DNA of 63,901 bases, filler included, from Octopus bimaculoides (GCF_001194135.2; 7 parts of 7 records of this genome joined end to end with filler, not necessarily neighbours in it); one strand, 5' to 3'; positions 24,858 through 36,424 are shown, numbered from the whole stretch's first letter. Translations and numbers: made by a program. Notes: generated by a model from the sequence alone, not told the origin.

Positions 24858-25027
24858 TGCAGGCATAGCTGTGTGCTTAAGAAGTTTGCTTCCCAACGAC
24901 ATGGTTTTTGGGTTCAGTTTCACTGTATAGCACCTCGAGCTAGTGTCTTCTACTATAGCCCTGAGTTGACCAAAGCTTTGTGAGTGGATTTGATAGGCAG
25001 AAACTAAAGTAGCCAATCATATGTATG

Positions 25028-25063
<36 letters not shown>

Positions 25064-25240
25064 CGTGTGTGTGTGTGTGTGTCCTAGTCTTGAATCATGT
25101 GATGATTGTAAACAAGTAAGGGTTGGTTACAGGAAGGACATCAGGCCATAGAAAATCTGCCTCAATGAATTCTTTCTGTCCTATGCTTTCCGTGTTTGCA
25201 TGGATCAGACATTAAAATGATAAAGACATTGATTAAAGAA
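24858..25240 (+). mobile_element. SINE family B with internal (TG)n and an alternative tail
   Basis: gcaggcatagctgtgtgcttaagaagtttgcttcccaac...aaagctttgtgagtggatttg, then (TG)n, then ggaaggacatcaggccatagaaaatctgcctc. Confidence 0.75.
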
Positions 25241-25494
25241 AGTGACTGTAAAAACACTGTAATATACTTGACAATGAGTATATATTTGAGCTGTTTATGA
25301 TAATGCTTAAAATGCTCGGCATGATTACATTACAATGTAAACAGTGGGAGAGAATCACCGAATCCTATCATGCATTGTCTAGGTAAAGCATATTAAGGCA
25401 AGCAACTGCATTTGCCACAACTAAATGAGTTGATAAAGTACTGATGTGCTGTCAAAATGACTGGTAGTTTACGTCTTATTGTTGGTATTGTATA

Positions 25495-25731
25495 TCTTTT
25501 ATCTTTTATCTTTTATTTGTTTTCAATCATTTGACCACAGCCATGCTAGGGCACTGCCTTGAAGGATTTAAGTTGAACAAATTGACCTCAGGACTCTTTT
25601 TTTAAAACCTGGTATTCTATATTGGTCTCTTTTACCAAACTGCTAAGTTATGGGGACATAAACACACCAACACCAGTTGTCAAGTGGCAGTGGGGGACAA
25701 ATACAGACACAAAGACACACACAGATATATA
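25495..25731 (-). mobile_element. SINE family B tail; its head lies at 27470-27632 beyond the Tc1 insertion
   Basis: tttgaccacagccatgctagggcactgcc...acaccaacaccagttgtcaag...acagacacaaagacacac, ending at the TA just before the Tc1. Confidence 0.75.
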
Positions 25732-27284
25732 CAGTGAGAGGAAATAAATATTCGTACATGTCAAAATTCTTTATTTATTTAATTTCTAATGAACATAAAT
25801 GGGATATACCAATACTATATTTGCATACACATACATAAACTAAGAATATGCAAAAGAAACTAATAAATTATAGTAACTAATGAATTTATATGCAATTATA
25901 AATATTTAGGGGTGAAGAAAGTATTCGTACAGAACAAATAACTGATAATTCTGATTTAATACTTCGTAGCATAACCATTATTCAGTTCCACTTCAACCAA
26001 TCTCTTCTTGTAGTTCTTAATCAATGGCTCGCATGTTTCTTAAGGAATTTTTTCCCATTCTTCTTGACAAATTTTCTTCAAATCTGGAATGCACGTTGGG
26101 GCTCTTGAATGAATTTTAATTTTCAAATAATGCTACAAATTTTCAATGGGATTCAAGTCAGGTGACTAACTTGGCCATTCTAATAATTTCATATTGTGAT
26201 TGACAATCCATTTTTTGGTAAACTTCGCCGTGTGCTTAGGGTCGTTATCCTGTTGTAAAACCCACCCTTCACAAAACTGGAGCTTTTCTACAGAGTCCCA
26301 TAAATTATTGTTCAAAATATTTTGGTACATCACTGCATTCATTCTACCATCTATCACATGTAAATTGCCAGTGCTATTTGCAGAGAAACACCCCCACACC
26401 ATGATGTTACCACCTCCAAATGTTACAGTAGGAATTGTGTTTTTCGGTGAATAGGTGGTATCATCTTTCCTCCAAACATGGCTACGCAAATTTCATCCAA
26501 ACAATTCAATTTTCAACTCGTCTGTCCATAGGCCATTTTCCCAGAATGTATCAGATTTATCTTTTTGTTCATAAACAAATTTTAAACAGGCATCTCCATG
26601 CCTTTTAGTCAACAGCGGAGTTTTTCTAGGAGAATGTGACTTCAGTTCATTCCTATGAAGTTCATTGCTGATTGTTCGTAGTGTAACACTAGTCCCTGAA
26701 GCTAACAAATCTTCTTGCAACTCCTTTCTGGTAATCATTGCGTTTTTTTCGATTCTTCGCTTCATTTTTCTTAAAGATCTAGTGGAAATCTTGTGTGGTG
26801 CACCTGATCTTATTCTATTTTCAACAGTTCCCGATTTTTTATATCTTTGAATAAATGAAGATATGGTAGAAAATGTAATACAAAGGGTCTCTGATATTTT
26901 CCTGTAACTTTTACCTGCTTTCCACTGTTCAATAATTAAGCTTTTCACTGAATTTGCGAGTTCTTTACTTTTTGCCATTATTACAACACTACTTTATGTT
27001 GTCTCAGTGCTGAATGAAGAAGCTAGCATTTTGGCACTTTAAAATGACTACTGACATGATTATTAGAACAAACAAGAAAGTTCTAGTAAAAAAAAAAATT
27101 ATTTTAACAGTATTTTGTGGCATAGAAACTCATAAATTTATTCTGTACAAATACTTTTTTCACCCCTAAATATTTGTAATTGTATATAAATTCATTAGTT
27201 ACTATAATTTATTAGTTTCTTTTGCATATTCTTAGTTTATGCATGTGTATGCAAATATAGTATTGGTATATCCCATTTATGTTC
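25732..27284 (-). mobile_element. Full-length Tc1 transposon with long IR/DR-type inverted repeats; the right tip is lost in a gap
   Basis: TA|CAGTG start. The left TIR (25732 to about 25940) is mirrored at about 27135-27284, and it contains two copies of the direct repeat (a/g)tattcgtaca. Confidence 0.92.
25956..26978 (-). pseudogene. Tc1 DD34E transposase pseudogene, 340 codons, in frame throughout with four premature stops
   Basis: The 161-aa and 107-aa ORFs share one frame: [20 protein letters not shown]...[11 protein letters not shown]...QQDNDPKH...WPS*SPDLNPIENL*HYLK...EWEKIP*ETC...GYATKY*. There are 34 residues between the second D and the E. Confidence 0.92.
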
Positions 27285-27469
27285 NNNNNNNNNNNNNNNN
27301 NNNNNNNNNNNNNNNNNNNNNNNNNNNNNNNNNNNNNNNNNNNNNNNNNNNNNNNNNNNNNNNNNNNNNNNNNNNNNNNNNNNNNNNNNNNNNNNNNNNN
27401 NNNNNNNNNNNNNNNNNNNTACATACATACATACATGTACATACATATATGTGTGTGTGTGTGTGTGCG

Positions 27470-27632
27470 TTTGACAGGCTTTTTTCAGTTTTCATCTATC
27501 AAGTCCACTCACAAGGCTTTGGTCAGCCTGAGGCTACAGAAGAAGACACTTGCTCAAGGTGCCATGCAGTGGGACTGGATCCAGAACCATTTCGTTGGGA
27601 AGCAAGCTTCTTACCATACAGCCATGCCTGTG
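27470..27632 (-). mobile_element. SINE family B head
   Basis: ggcttttttcagttttcatctatcaagtccactcacaaggc...gttgggaagcaagcttcttaccatacagccatgcctg. Confidence 0.8.
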
Positions 27633-28533
27633 TCTAGTATGGAGTTGTCTTGAAACAAAATCTAACTTTGAGGGATCCACTCCATCTTTGTGTAACTATG
27701 TACCTTCTGAATGTATATAGATAAGATTATTACTGTCAGCATAGGTCCCAATATAACTGAGAAGTGTTTTTTTCAGCTTATAGGGTTGAACTCAAAATAC
27801 TTACATAGGCTTGGAAAAAGAACCCAGTTTCATTGACATTTCAGTGTAACCAATCTTTTGAATCATTGCATGAAACTGAAGCCATCGGAGATTAAAAAAC
27901 ATTACATAGTAGCAATAAATAGGATGCTTAATGTTTATTGTATGGCCTGTTTATCATCATTTTTTTCCTTTCCAAATTTACATTCCCTGTGTAAATGGCA
28001 CCCTTCCACATCTACTAGAGGTTGGCTAAATGTACAGAGAAAGTGTAGGGTTTTGAGGTTAATCTAGTCCTGTCTCATCAATGACTAGTTAAGTTCTCCA
28101 GTGTTGATGTGATGAGAAAAAGCATTCAATACTCTCTGTAGTGTGGTTGGCATCAGGAAGAATGTCCAGCCATAAAAACTAGGCCAAATGACACATAAGG
28201 GCGTTCTGGCTTTGGGAGCTTGTAGCTAGCAATGGGAGGCAACTCAGATCATGATGATCTGTCCAACCCATGCCAGCATAGAAAGCAGATGTAAAACGAT
28301 GAATTTGATTAGTTAAATAGAACTAATAAAATGTACTATAGTATCTTTTTAATAAAATGTGCTAGAGTACAATATATAAGTACTAAAGTATGCTCACTAG
28401 TATTGGAATATATTTTACTGGTATTAGAGTACATTTTAGTAGCTTTATGTGGATTTGTATCTAAGAATAGATGTTAAAGATTTATGAATTCTCATTAATT
28501 TATAAAATATTTTTGCTGTTAATTTTTTAACAG

Positions 28534-28661
28534 GGTCACAATGAAAATTTCTGATAACGTCTTGTTACAACTGTATGATTACAAGGTTGAGTTCCTTTTG
28601 TGGGACAACAAAGAAAAAATGATGGCTCGCACAAAATTTGATAAGACACGTGGTGCTAAAT
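28534..28661 (+). CDS. CFAP92: CFAP92-like exon C (128 nt, phase 2-1)
   Basis: Acceptor ttttttaacag and donor T|gtgagt. (K)VTMKISDNVLLQLYDYKVEFLLWDNKEKMMARTKFDKTRGAK resembles ITVTKELL...HKITLRLWNTKDKMS of CFAP92. Confidence 0.85.
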
Positions 28662-28879
28662 GTGAGTTTTTCCTTGATTTAATGTTTATTTATGAGTAGA
28701 GTATTATGGAGTTTCATTGAAGTCTCTATGAAGTTCTAAGTTGAAAGTACAATATGTTTTGATTGAAGAAATTCCCACTGGATGGTATCTTGGGCAAGTA
28801 TCTTCTGCTAAAGCACTGAGCTGATAAAAACCTTGTGAGTGTATTTGGTTGATTGGATAAAAAAAAACCCATAATATTC

Positions 28880-29090
28880 TTTTCTTTTACTTTTTTCAGT
28901 CATTAGACTGCAGCCATGCTGGAGCACTGTGTTGGAGAATTATAGTTGAACCAATTGACCCCAGTGCTTATTTTGAAGCCTGGTATTTTTTGTCAGTCTT
29001 TTTTTGCCAAACTGCTGGTTACAGGGACATAAACACACCAGTATTGTGTGGTGTTGGAGACAGACATAGATGCAAAGACACACACACACA

Positions 29091-29095
<5 letters not shown>
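28880..29095 (-). mobile_element. SINE family B tail running into (TA)n and a gap
   Basis: cagtcattagactgcagccatgctggagcac...gggacataaacacacca. Confidence 0.75.
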
Positions 29096-29134
<39 letters not shown>

Positions 29135-30897
29135 NNNNNNNNNNNNNNNNNNNNNNNNNNNNNNNNNNNNNNNNNNNNNNNNNNNNNNNNNNNNNNNNNN
29201 NNNNNNNNNNNNNNNNNNNNNNNNNNNNNNNNNNNNNNNNNNNNNNNNNNNNNNNNNNNNNNNNNNNNNNNNNNNNNNNNNNNNNNNNNNNNNNNNNNNN
29301 NNNNNNNNNNNNNNNNNNNNNNNNNNNNNNNNNNNNNNNNNNNNNNNNNNNNNNNNNNNNNNNNNNNNNNNNNNNNNNNNNNNNNNNNNNNNNNNNNNNN
29401 NNNNNNNNNNNNNNNNNNNNNNNNNNNNNNNNNNNNNNNNNNNNNNNNNNNNNNNNNNNNNNNNNNNNNNNNNNNNNNNNNNNNNNNNNNNNNNNNNNNN
29501 NNNNNNNNNNNNNNNNNNNNNNNNNNNNNNNNNNNNNNNNNNNNNNNNNNNNNNNNNNNNNNNNNNNNNNNNNNNNNNNNNNNNNNNNNNNNNNNNNNNN
29601 NNNNNNNNNNNNNNNNNNNNNNNNNNNNNNNNNNNNNNNNNNNNNNNNNNNNNNNNNNNNNNNNNNNNNNNNNNNNNNNNNNNNNNNNNNNNNNNNNNNN
29701 NNNNNNNNNNNNNNNNNNNNNNNNNNNNNNNNNNNNNNNNNNNNNNNNNNNNNNNNNNNNNNNNNNNNNNNNNNNNNNNNNNNNNNNNNNNNNNNNNNNN
29801 NNNNNNNNNNNNNNNNNNNNNNNNNNNNNNNNNNNNNNNNNNNNNNNNNNNNNNNNNNNNNNNNNNNNNNNNNNNNNNNNNNNNNNNNNNNNNNNNNNNN
29901 NNNNNNNNNNNNNNNNNNNNNNNNNNNNNNNNNNNNNNNNNNNNNNNNNNNNNNNNNNNNNNNNNNNNNNNNNNNNNNNNNNNNNNNNNNNNNNNNNNNN
30001 NNNNNNNNNNNNNNNNNNNNNNNNNNNNNNNNNNNNNNNNNNNNNNNNNNNNNNNNNNNNNNNNNNNNNNNNNNNNNNNNNNNNNNNNNNNNNNNNNNNN
30101 NNNNNNNNNNNNNNNNNNNNNNTATATATATATATATATATATATGCACACAATGCATGTATTGTGTGTTGTGTGCATGTACGTGTGTGTGTGTGTAGGA
30201 ATGTTTGTGCCTCCTTGTCTTGACATCATGTGATAGTTATAAGCAAACGTCACTGTCAGGAAAAGTAGTGATCCTCTTTTCCAATCTTCCATAAAACACA
30301 TGTTCTGTCATAGGGAAATATTACCAAGCTTAGAAACAAGTGAAGGTTGCTAACAGAAAAAGCATCCAGCTGTAGAAAATCTGCCTCAACAAATTCTGTC
30401 TGATCCATGTAAGCATGTAATGGTGAACATTAAATTGATGGTGATAGTGATGACACTACTCTATTACCTGCTAAGTATTATTGAAAATGTTTTCTTTTTA
30501 AATTGGTATCTAGACATTATCATTATCTTTTGCTTTCACATGAAAACAGCAATATCTAGTGGGCAGAGGTGGGGTACAATTTCTATGAAATTCAGTAGTT
30601 CACAAGTGGTTGGGAAGTAAAGTCATTAACTACACAGCCATACCTGTGTTTTATACATTTCCAATGGCAACACAAAGCTTAAGGACAACAAGAATCTCAT
30701 AAAATGTAAATCATAGACTCTTGTTCTGGTGAGTTGAGTTTCTTATATACCATATATTTAAATACCATATATTTAAATAGATAATTTTGATGTTCTATTT
30801 TTCTGAAAACCTGAAGTAAGATATTATTCAACAATCTCTTGAAGACAGATTTATTGTAAACATGTCTATCTGGTATAAGTTAAGAATGTTCTTTCAG

Positions 30898-30999
30898 GTG
30901 ATGTTGATGAAAATGAGATGAAGATAAGTATTGAAAAGCAACACGAACATTTGCTTCAACTGGAAAAACGTAATCCTCAAAATGTGTCATATATATTTG
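30898..30999 (+). CDS. CFAP92: CFAP92-like exon D (102 nt, phase 1-1)
   Basis: Acceptor ttctttcag and donor G|gtgagt; open in the phase set by exon C: CDVDENEMKISIEKQHEHLLQLEKRNPQNVSYIF. Sequence similarity here is weaker. Confidence 0.7.
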
Positions 31000-31045
31000 G
31001 TGAGTGAAAACATGAGATAACTTTTAATATTATGAGATACATTTA

Positions 31046-31262
31046 AGGTGGCAAGCTGGCAGAATCTTTAGCATGCCAGGCAAAATGCTTAGCAGTGCTT
31101 CTTTGTCTTCATGTTCCAAGTCCAAATTCTGCTGAGGTTGACTTTGCCTTTCATCCTTTTGGGGTCAATGAAATAAGAAACATATGAATACTTGGTCAAT
31201 TTAATCAACTTAGCCCCTCTCCCAAACCTGCTGGCCTTGTGCCAAACTTTAAAACCAATATT
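31046..31262 (+). mobile_element. SINE family A copy, CpG-decayed
   Basis: ggtggcaagctggcagaatc...gttgactttgcctttcatccttttggggtcaatgaaataag...ggccttgtgccaaac. Confidence 0.8.
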
Positions 31263-31353
31263 TTCAGATCAATTTATACATAAAAGAAATTTTTTATTTC
31301 TTTTGAAATCAATATTGATATTTCACTTGTTCTTGGATCTGGGCTATTTTAGC

Positions 31354-31580
31354 TTGACTCTTTTGTTACCATATTTCCATTGAAACACACTGCTTTTGTT
31401 TCCATTAATTTTGAAAATTATGAAGAAATTTAAATAATAACTTTGTCACTAATAAGCTGGTGTTTAAAACAAATTAATATGAAATTTTGATGGAAGATTT
31501 TAATTTAAATTGCTTTAAAGCAGGAAGTTGGCATCATAGAATCAAAGTTGGTCCGAGTAGGTTAGTATCAAAAGGATTAA
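31354..31580. mobile_element. Non-autonomous piggyBac-like (TTAA-ended) repeat; related copy at about 33491-33711
   Basis: The two copies share ccatatt...attaattttgaaaa...aagctggtgttt...tttgatggaagattttaattt and end aaaggattaa / aaagggttaa. Confidence 0.5.
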
Positions 31581-32249
31581 AATGGATTTTTATGACTAAA
31601 AGTTGAACAAATATCATATCAAGACTATCATAAAATAAATATAATTCTGAGAACATTTTTCAAGAAAATACAGAAAAAAATAAATGCAACAAACTGAGTC
31701 TATAACTTGTGCTTTATTTATAATTGGAACTACTCATACTTTTATTAATAATATCCTTGAGAAAGCTGTAAATAATCCCCAATGGAAAACAAACTTTGGT
31801 ATTATCTGACAAGTGTTTTTTTCTTTTTTACATGTTTACAGTGACAAGTGTTATTTTTACAAGTTTACAGTGGTAGTATGTGACGAGTATTTTTTCTTAC
31901 AAGTTTACAAATTCCTCAATGAACTTTGAGAAGACAATGAGTAAACCCCTCCTATGTATTCTAGATTGTGGTTATAGGTGTTAGTATAGCAACACATCTT
32001 TTATGCATGTGCATGCCCAATGGAAGCTTTGAGCTCAACATTGCATGTAAAAATAGTCATGAAATATTCATTGTATTTGTCTCTTTAGCTCTATGTAGCA
32101 CCATTCTTCATGGTATATATTTTAACTTGAAGTCATTTTGACTAATAACAGAAGACAAGGTGAGCCAGTGAAGGAGCCTTTACACAATCATGTCTCCTGT
32201 TAGAAACAATAGCCAAATCTCCTAGTTTTACCCTGCCATTCCCATTGAC

Positions 32250-32530
32250 AAGGTGACTCTCTGGCACTCTGCTGGTTACAACTAGGGTTCCAGTTGATCT
32301 GATCAATGGAACAACTTGCTCAAGGAATTTATGTGCAAGTGGCTTAGTTCTCAGGATATCCTGCATGACACAGAATGTGACAAGGCTGGTCCTTTGAAAT
32401 ACAGGTACAGCTCATTTTTGCCAGCTGAATGAACTGGAGCAACATGAAGTAAAGTGTCTTGCCCAAGAACACGAGTGTTATTAACATGGTAACTCCACAA
32501 GAAATGGAATTAACTAAGCAGGCTGTTATA
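32250..32530 (-). mobile_element. tRNA-headed SINE (family C-related) with a different body; related copy at about 34900-35045
   Basis: ctcatttttgccagctgaatgaactggagcaacatgaagtaaagtgtcttgcccaagaacac matches the family C central segment in reverse. Confidence 0.6.
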
Positions 32531-34004
32531 GTTGTCATAGTTACTGTTATTGAAAGTCAAAATTTGAAACTATAAACTCAATACACATTTTGTGATATTT
32601 ATTTTGGGTTACATTAAAACATGTAAAGTAGCATAGTAAAATGTTTGTTTATAGAATGTTTGCAATTTATAGAGTAGCAATTGTCTGTTGTCCCTCCCTC
32701 TTTTATCCTCTAAGTGACTGGCAGATTATTTGGTTTAATGTACTAAACACTTCAATGCTTCTTGTATCAATATTTGGTTGTTATTACAATGAAACTATTA
32801 ACACACAGTACAAACAGTAATGTCTTTCATGTAGATTTCCCAGTCAGTCATTTTGGCTAATAACAGAAGCCAGGGTGAGCCAGTGAAGGAGCCTCTACAC
32901 AATCATTTCTCCTGTTAGAAATAGTAGCCAAATCTCCTAGTTTTACCCTGTCATCTTAAAAGTAAATGTAAAGTGGTTGATGTTAGGAAAGGCATTCAAC
33001 TGTAGAAACTATGCGTAAGTAGAGATTGCAACATGATACAATCTTCAGACCCACTGGACCCTGTTGAGCTATCCAGCTCATGCTAGCATGGTAGAAGTAC
33101 ATTAAGAGATGATAATGCTAGTAATGTTGATGATTACATATGTCTATTTACATGTTGTTGGCCTGTTTGATTGGAGCTGACCTAAGGTTACTTAACATAA
33201 ACAGAATAAGGGATCATAAGGAAATCATCATTCATCATCAGCATTTTATGTCCACTTTCCATGCTAGCATGGATCAGACAACTTTTCTGAGGTAGTATTT
33301 TATGGACAAATTCCCTTCCTGTCACTGACAACACACAGAATACAGTATACATGCTCTAAAACTGAGATGCATATGGTTTGGAGTTACAAGGGAAATGAAA
33401 TGACAACAAGAAAGAGCTGTGAATATATTATGATAATGTAAATTAAATTATCATTTACTTTAAAAGTAAACCATGTGTATACTGTATATATCAATTCGTT
33501 TCTTACCATATTTCTATTGAAATATGGTGCCTTTATTTCAATTAATTTTGAAAATAATGAAGAACTTTGTTACATAACTTTGTTCTTATTAAGCTGGTGT
33601 TTAAGAATATAAATTTTGATGGAAGATTTTAATTTAGATCACTTTAATACAGGAAGTTTGTATTATAGAGCTAGGGGACAGTCTCAGGTGAGTTGTTATC
33701 TAAAGGGTTAACTGTAAAATAAATATTGTTGTGTAAAGATGTATTTATAGTGCATGCTGAATGTGCATAAGGTTCCTTCACTTACAGTTATAAGTGGGGA
33801 TAGTTGGTAGGGAGAGCCAGATGCAAAGTATTGATTTCTTCATCTTATTGTTAATAAAATTCAGATTTTTAGCTCATGACTGCTATCGCTTGCTTTTCTT
33901 TTTCACTTAAACTTAAGATCAGACGCTCTTACATGCAGTAATGATATAGTTTCTCAATGCTGTGAACCAATCTAATGATACTTCCTTTATCACAGATGTG
34001 TAAA

Positions 34005-34190
34005 AAATGAATTCAGTTCTATATTTGAGAGATGTGGAATTATGTACATTATTTACATTTGATGGATATTTGTCCTCATCTTGTTTGTTTTTGACATGTT
34101 TCGGCTGATGTACTCTCCAGCCTTCATCAGGTGTCCTGGGGGAATTTCGAACCTGGGTTCTCATTCCTAAGGTATTTTTCCGATGTTATT
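34005..34190 (-). mobile_element. PLE pseudo-LTR (inverted copy) with hammerhead-like core at 34093-34136
   Basis: Minus strand ggacac-CTGATGA-A-GGCTG-gagagtacat-CAGCC-GAAA-CATGTC. Confidence 0.75.
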
Positions 34191-34214
34191 GTTATTATTA
34201 TTATTGATAAATTG

Positions 34215-34420
34215 GGTATAGCTGATCATGTATGGAAAAATGGAGACCACCTCCTCCTGTGGGATGAAATTAAAATGATAGACAAAGAACACCACTAGAA
34301 AATGCAGAAACTAAAAGAGGCAGCACATATGCTAGGACATAATAACCTCCTAAACAGACCTAGTGCAGTTATGAGTAGCATATGGGAACCGGTATTAAGG
34401 AAGGATAGGAAAATAACACA
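34215..34420 (+). mobile_element. Penelope-like element, C-terminal part of the GIY-YIG endonuclease ORF (5'-truncated)
   Basis: GIADHVWKNGDHLLLWDEIKMIDKEHH*KMQKLKEAAHMLGHNNLLNRPSAVMSSIWEPVL follows the PLE pattern A-x-H...W-x-x-V-x-I-I-D-x-E...RK-x-KEA. Confidence 0.75.
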
Positions 34421-34645
34421 GGTTAAGAGTGCAGGCTACTAACCCCAAGATTCTGAGTTCAATTCCAGGAGGTGATCTGAATAATAATAATAATAATAAT
34501 AATAATGATGATGATGATAACAACATTACCCCCAGAACACCTGATGAAGGCTGGAGAGTACATCAGCTGAAACGTGTTAACAGCAAACAAGATGAGGACA
34601 AATATCCGTCAAATGTAAATAATGTAAATAATGTAAATAATGTTG
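34421..34645 (+). mobile_element. PLE pseudo-LTR (direct copy): tRNA-like cassette, (TAA)n, then hammerhead-like core at 34536-34578
   Basis: ggttaagagtgcaggctactaaccccaagattctgagttcaattcc, (AAT)n, then aacac-CTGATGA-A-GGCTG-gagagtacat-CAGCT-GAAAC-GTGTT. Confidence 0.75.
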
Positions 34646-35262
34646 ATATGAACTGTTTAAGTCTTCAAGTCAATAGATTAACTCTGTTAATATCAGAAGA
34701 GGAAGGTATCTGTGGTAGTATGTTTACAAGTATACAAAATTCTCATCAGTTATGAAATGTCTCTGTTGTTTCAGGTGGTGAACTGTAAACCTCAACAGTA
34801 TCTGTTGATAGTATCAGCAACGTCTTTGTTTTTACTGTCAACTGATGATGATGTTCTCTCATATTGATTTTGATTTACGAGTGTCTGATAGTTTGACCAA
34901 CTGGACAACCTCCTCATTGAATTCTCTTGTGAAGTGAGTGAGCATTCCACAGGCATGTATACCCTTCATGTAATCCTCAAGTAAAATCAGCATAATACAA
35001 GTGGAGCAACACTAGATCTTTGAATTACAGTTGCAGTCCATTTGATAGACTCCTACACAATTTCTACTTACCCAAATGCACTCACAAGGCTTTGGTCAAC
35101 TTGAGGTTATGGTAAATGGATTTACCCAAAATATCATGTAGTGCAACTGAATTCCAGACCTAATGGTTGCAAAGTGAACTTGTTAACCACTTAGGCATGC
35201 TTGCACAGCTATGCACAATGACAAGATGTAAACTGGTGATATTTCAGACCTTAATGCCATCA

Positions 35263-35490
35263 TCACCCCTTTAGCATTCAGATTATTCTGTCAAATGTAA
35301 TGCTTATTTATTCACATTTTTTAAAATTAGCCATGAATTATCCTGTAGCTTAAAGATCTTGAATATGTGATTGTTTATTTTTAGAATGACGTAGCAGGGT
35401 AGGTATGAGACGCTGGTTTTAGCCAGTTTCAACATAAAACAAGTAGAATATTTGGAACAAATATGGCTGGTTTAAAAGCTACAGGGTTAA
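35263..35490. mobile_element. piggyBac-like MITE
   Basis: Termini acccctttagcatt / aaagctacagggttaa are degenerate CCCTTTAGC TIRs, with TTAA preserved at the right end. Confidence 0.5.
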
Positions 35491-36424
35491 GTAGTGATTA
35501 TTTATACAAAATCAATATCTTTGAAGATATGATAGAAGCCTGACAGTCAGTACTTTACTCTGATTTCATAGCATGTGTTGGACGAGAGGCACACTGTATT
35601 TTTCAAAAATTGAACCCTGATCACATCGATATCACCTGTCTGGAAGAGTGAAACCTGAGTGAGGCTTGTGTATGCTACAGACATTTCTCTTCCTGAGAGT
35701 AACTAATAAACAAAAATAATGAATTGACTGGAACCATCCATCAACAACTTCTAATACATTCGGGTTGTTATTGTTGTATAGACCTAGGTCACTTCCAATC
35801 AAGCATTCCACCTGTGACCATACTATCTTTCTGTATATTTAGAACTACACTCGCTTATGTGTTCTTCCTTTTCTAAGGCAATAGGGTGTGATTTAAGGGA
35901 TTTTAACTGTTATTTCTAGCAGGCGGACCGATCATATAGGGAATCCATTTATTGGCTTGGAGTACATTCAGATGTGTGCATAGGGTGAGAAATGGGTGTA
36001 TTATTGAGAAAAGTTAGTATACTAGCTAAAATCTGGTTTTAAATTGAATATGTTGTTTGTATATTCCAGGATAGTGAATATCAACAATGGCTAACGTTTG
36101 CTTGTTTGATATTTCAGTCGAATGTTTATCTTTCTCTTACCTAAATTGGGTGGTCTTTTCTGTTCTTGCTCCTCTTAATGCGGGGAGGATGAGTGGAGAG
36201 TGACAAAGAGAGGTAATGCTGGTTTTAGTGTTGTTATTCTTTGGTGTTGTTGTTGTTGTTTATGCTGTTCATGTTAGTTATTATCATTGTTTTTGTTGTT
36301 GTTTAAGCTGTTAGAGTAGTCTTTTGTTAGTGCTATTGGCCTTGTTTTTATTCTCTTTGTGTTGTTAGTGTTGTTGTTCTTTGTGCTATTGGTGGTAGTG
36401 TTATTGTTGTTGTGAAGATGTTGA

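Noticed and set aside
26100-26500. Idea that A-to-I editing could repair the Tc1 stops
   Set aside because: Only the TAG replacing Trp could be restored; the TGA, TAA and Gln-position stops would not give the original residues.
28940-30301. Long ORFs full of X (also about 39.5-40.7, 41.2-42.0, 43.7-44.5, 46.1-47.1, 49.8-50.9, 53.0-53.7, 56.6-57.4 and 60.7-61.5 kb)
   Set aside because: They are open only because N gaps contain no stop codons.
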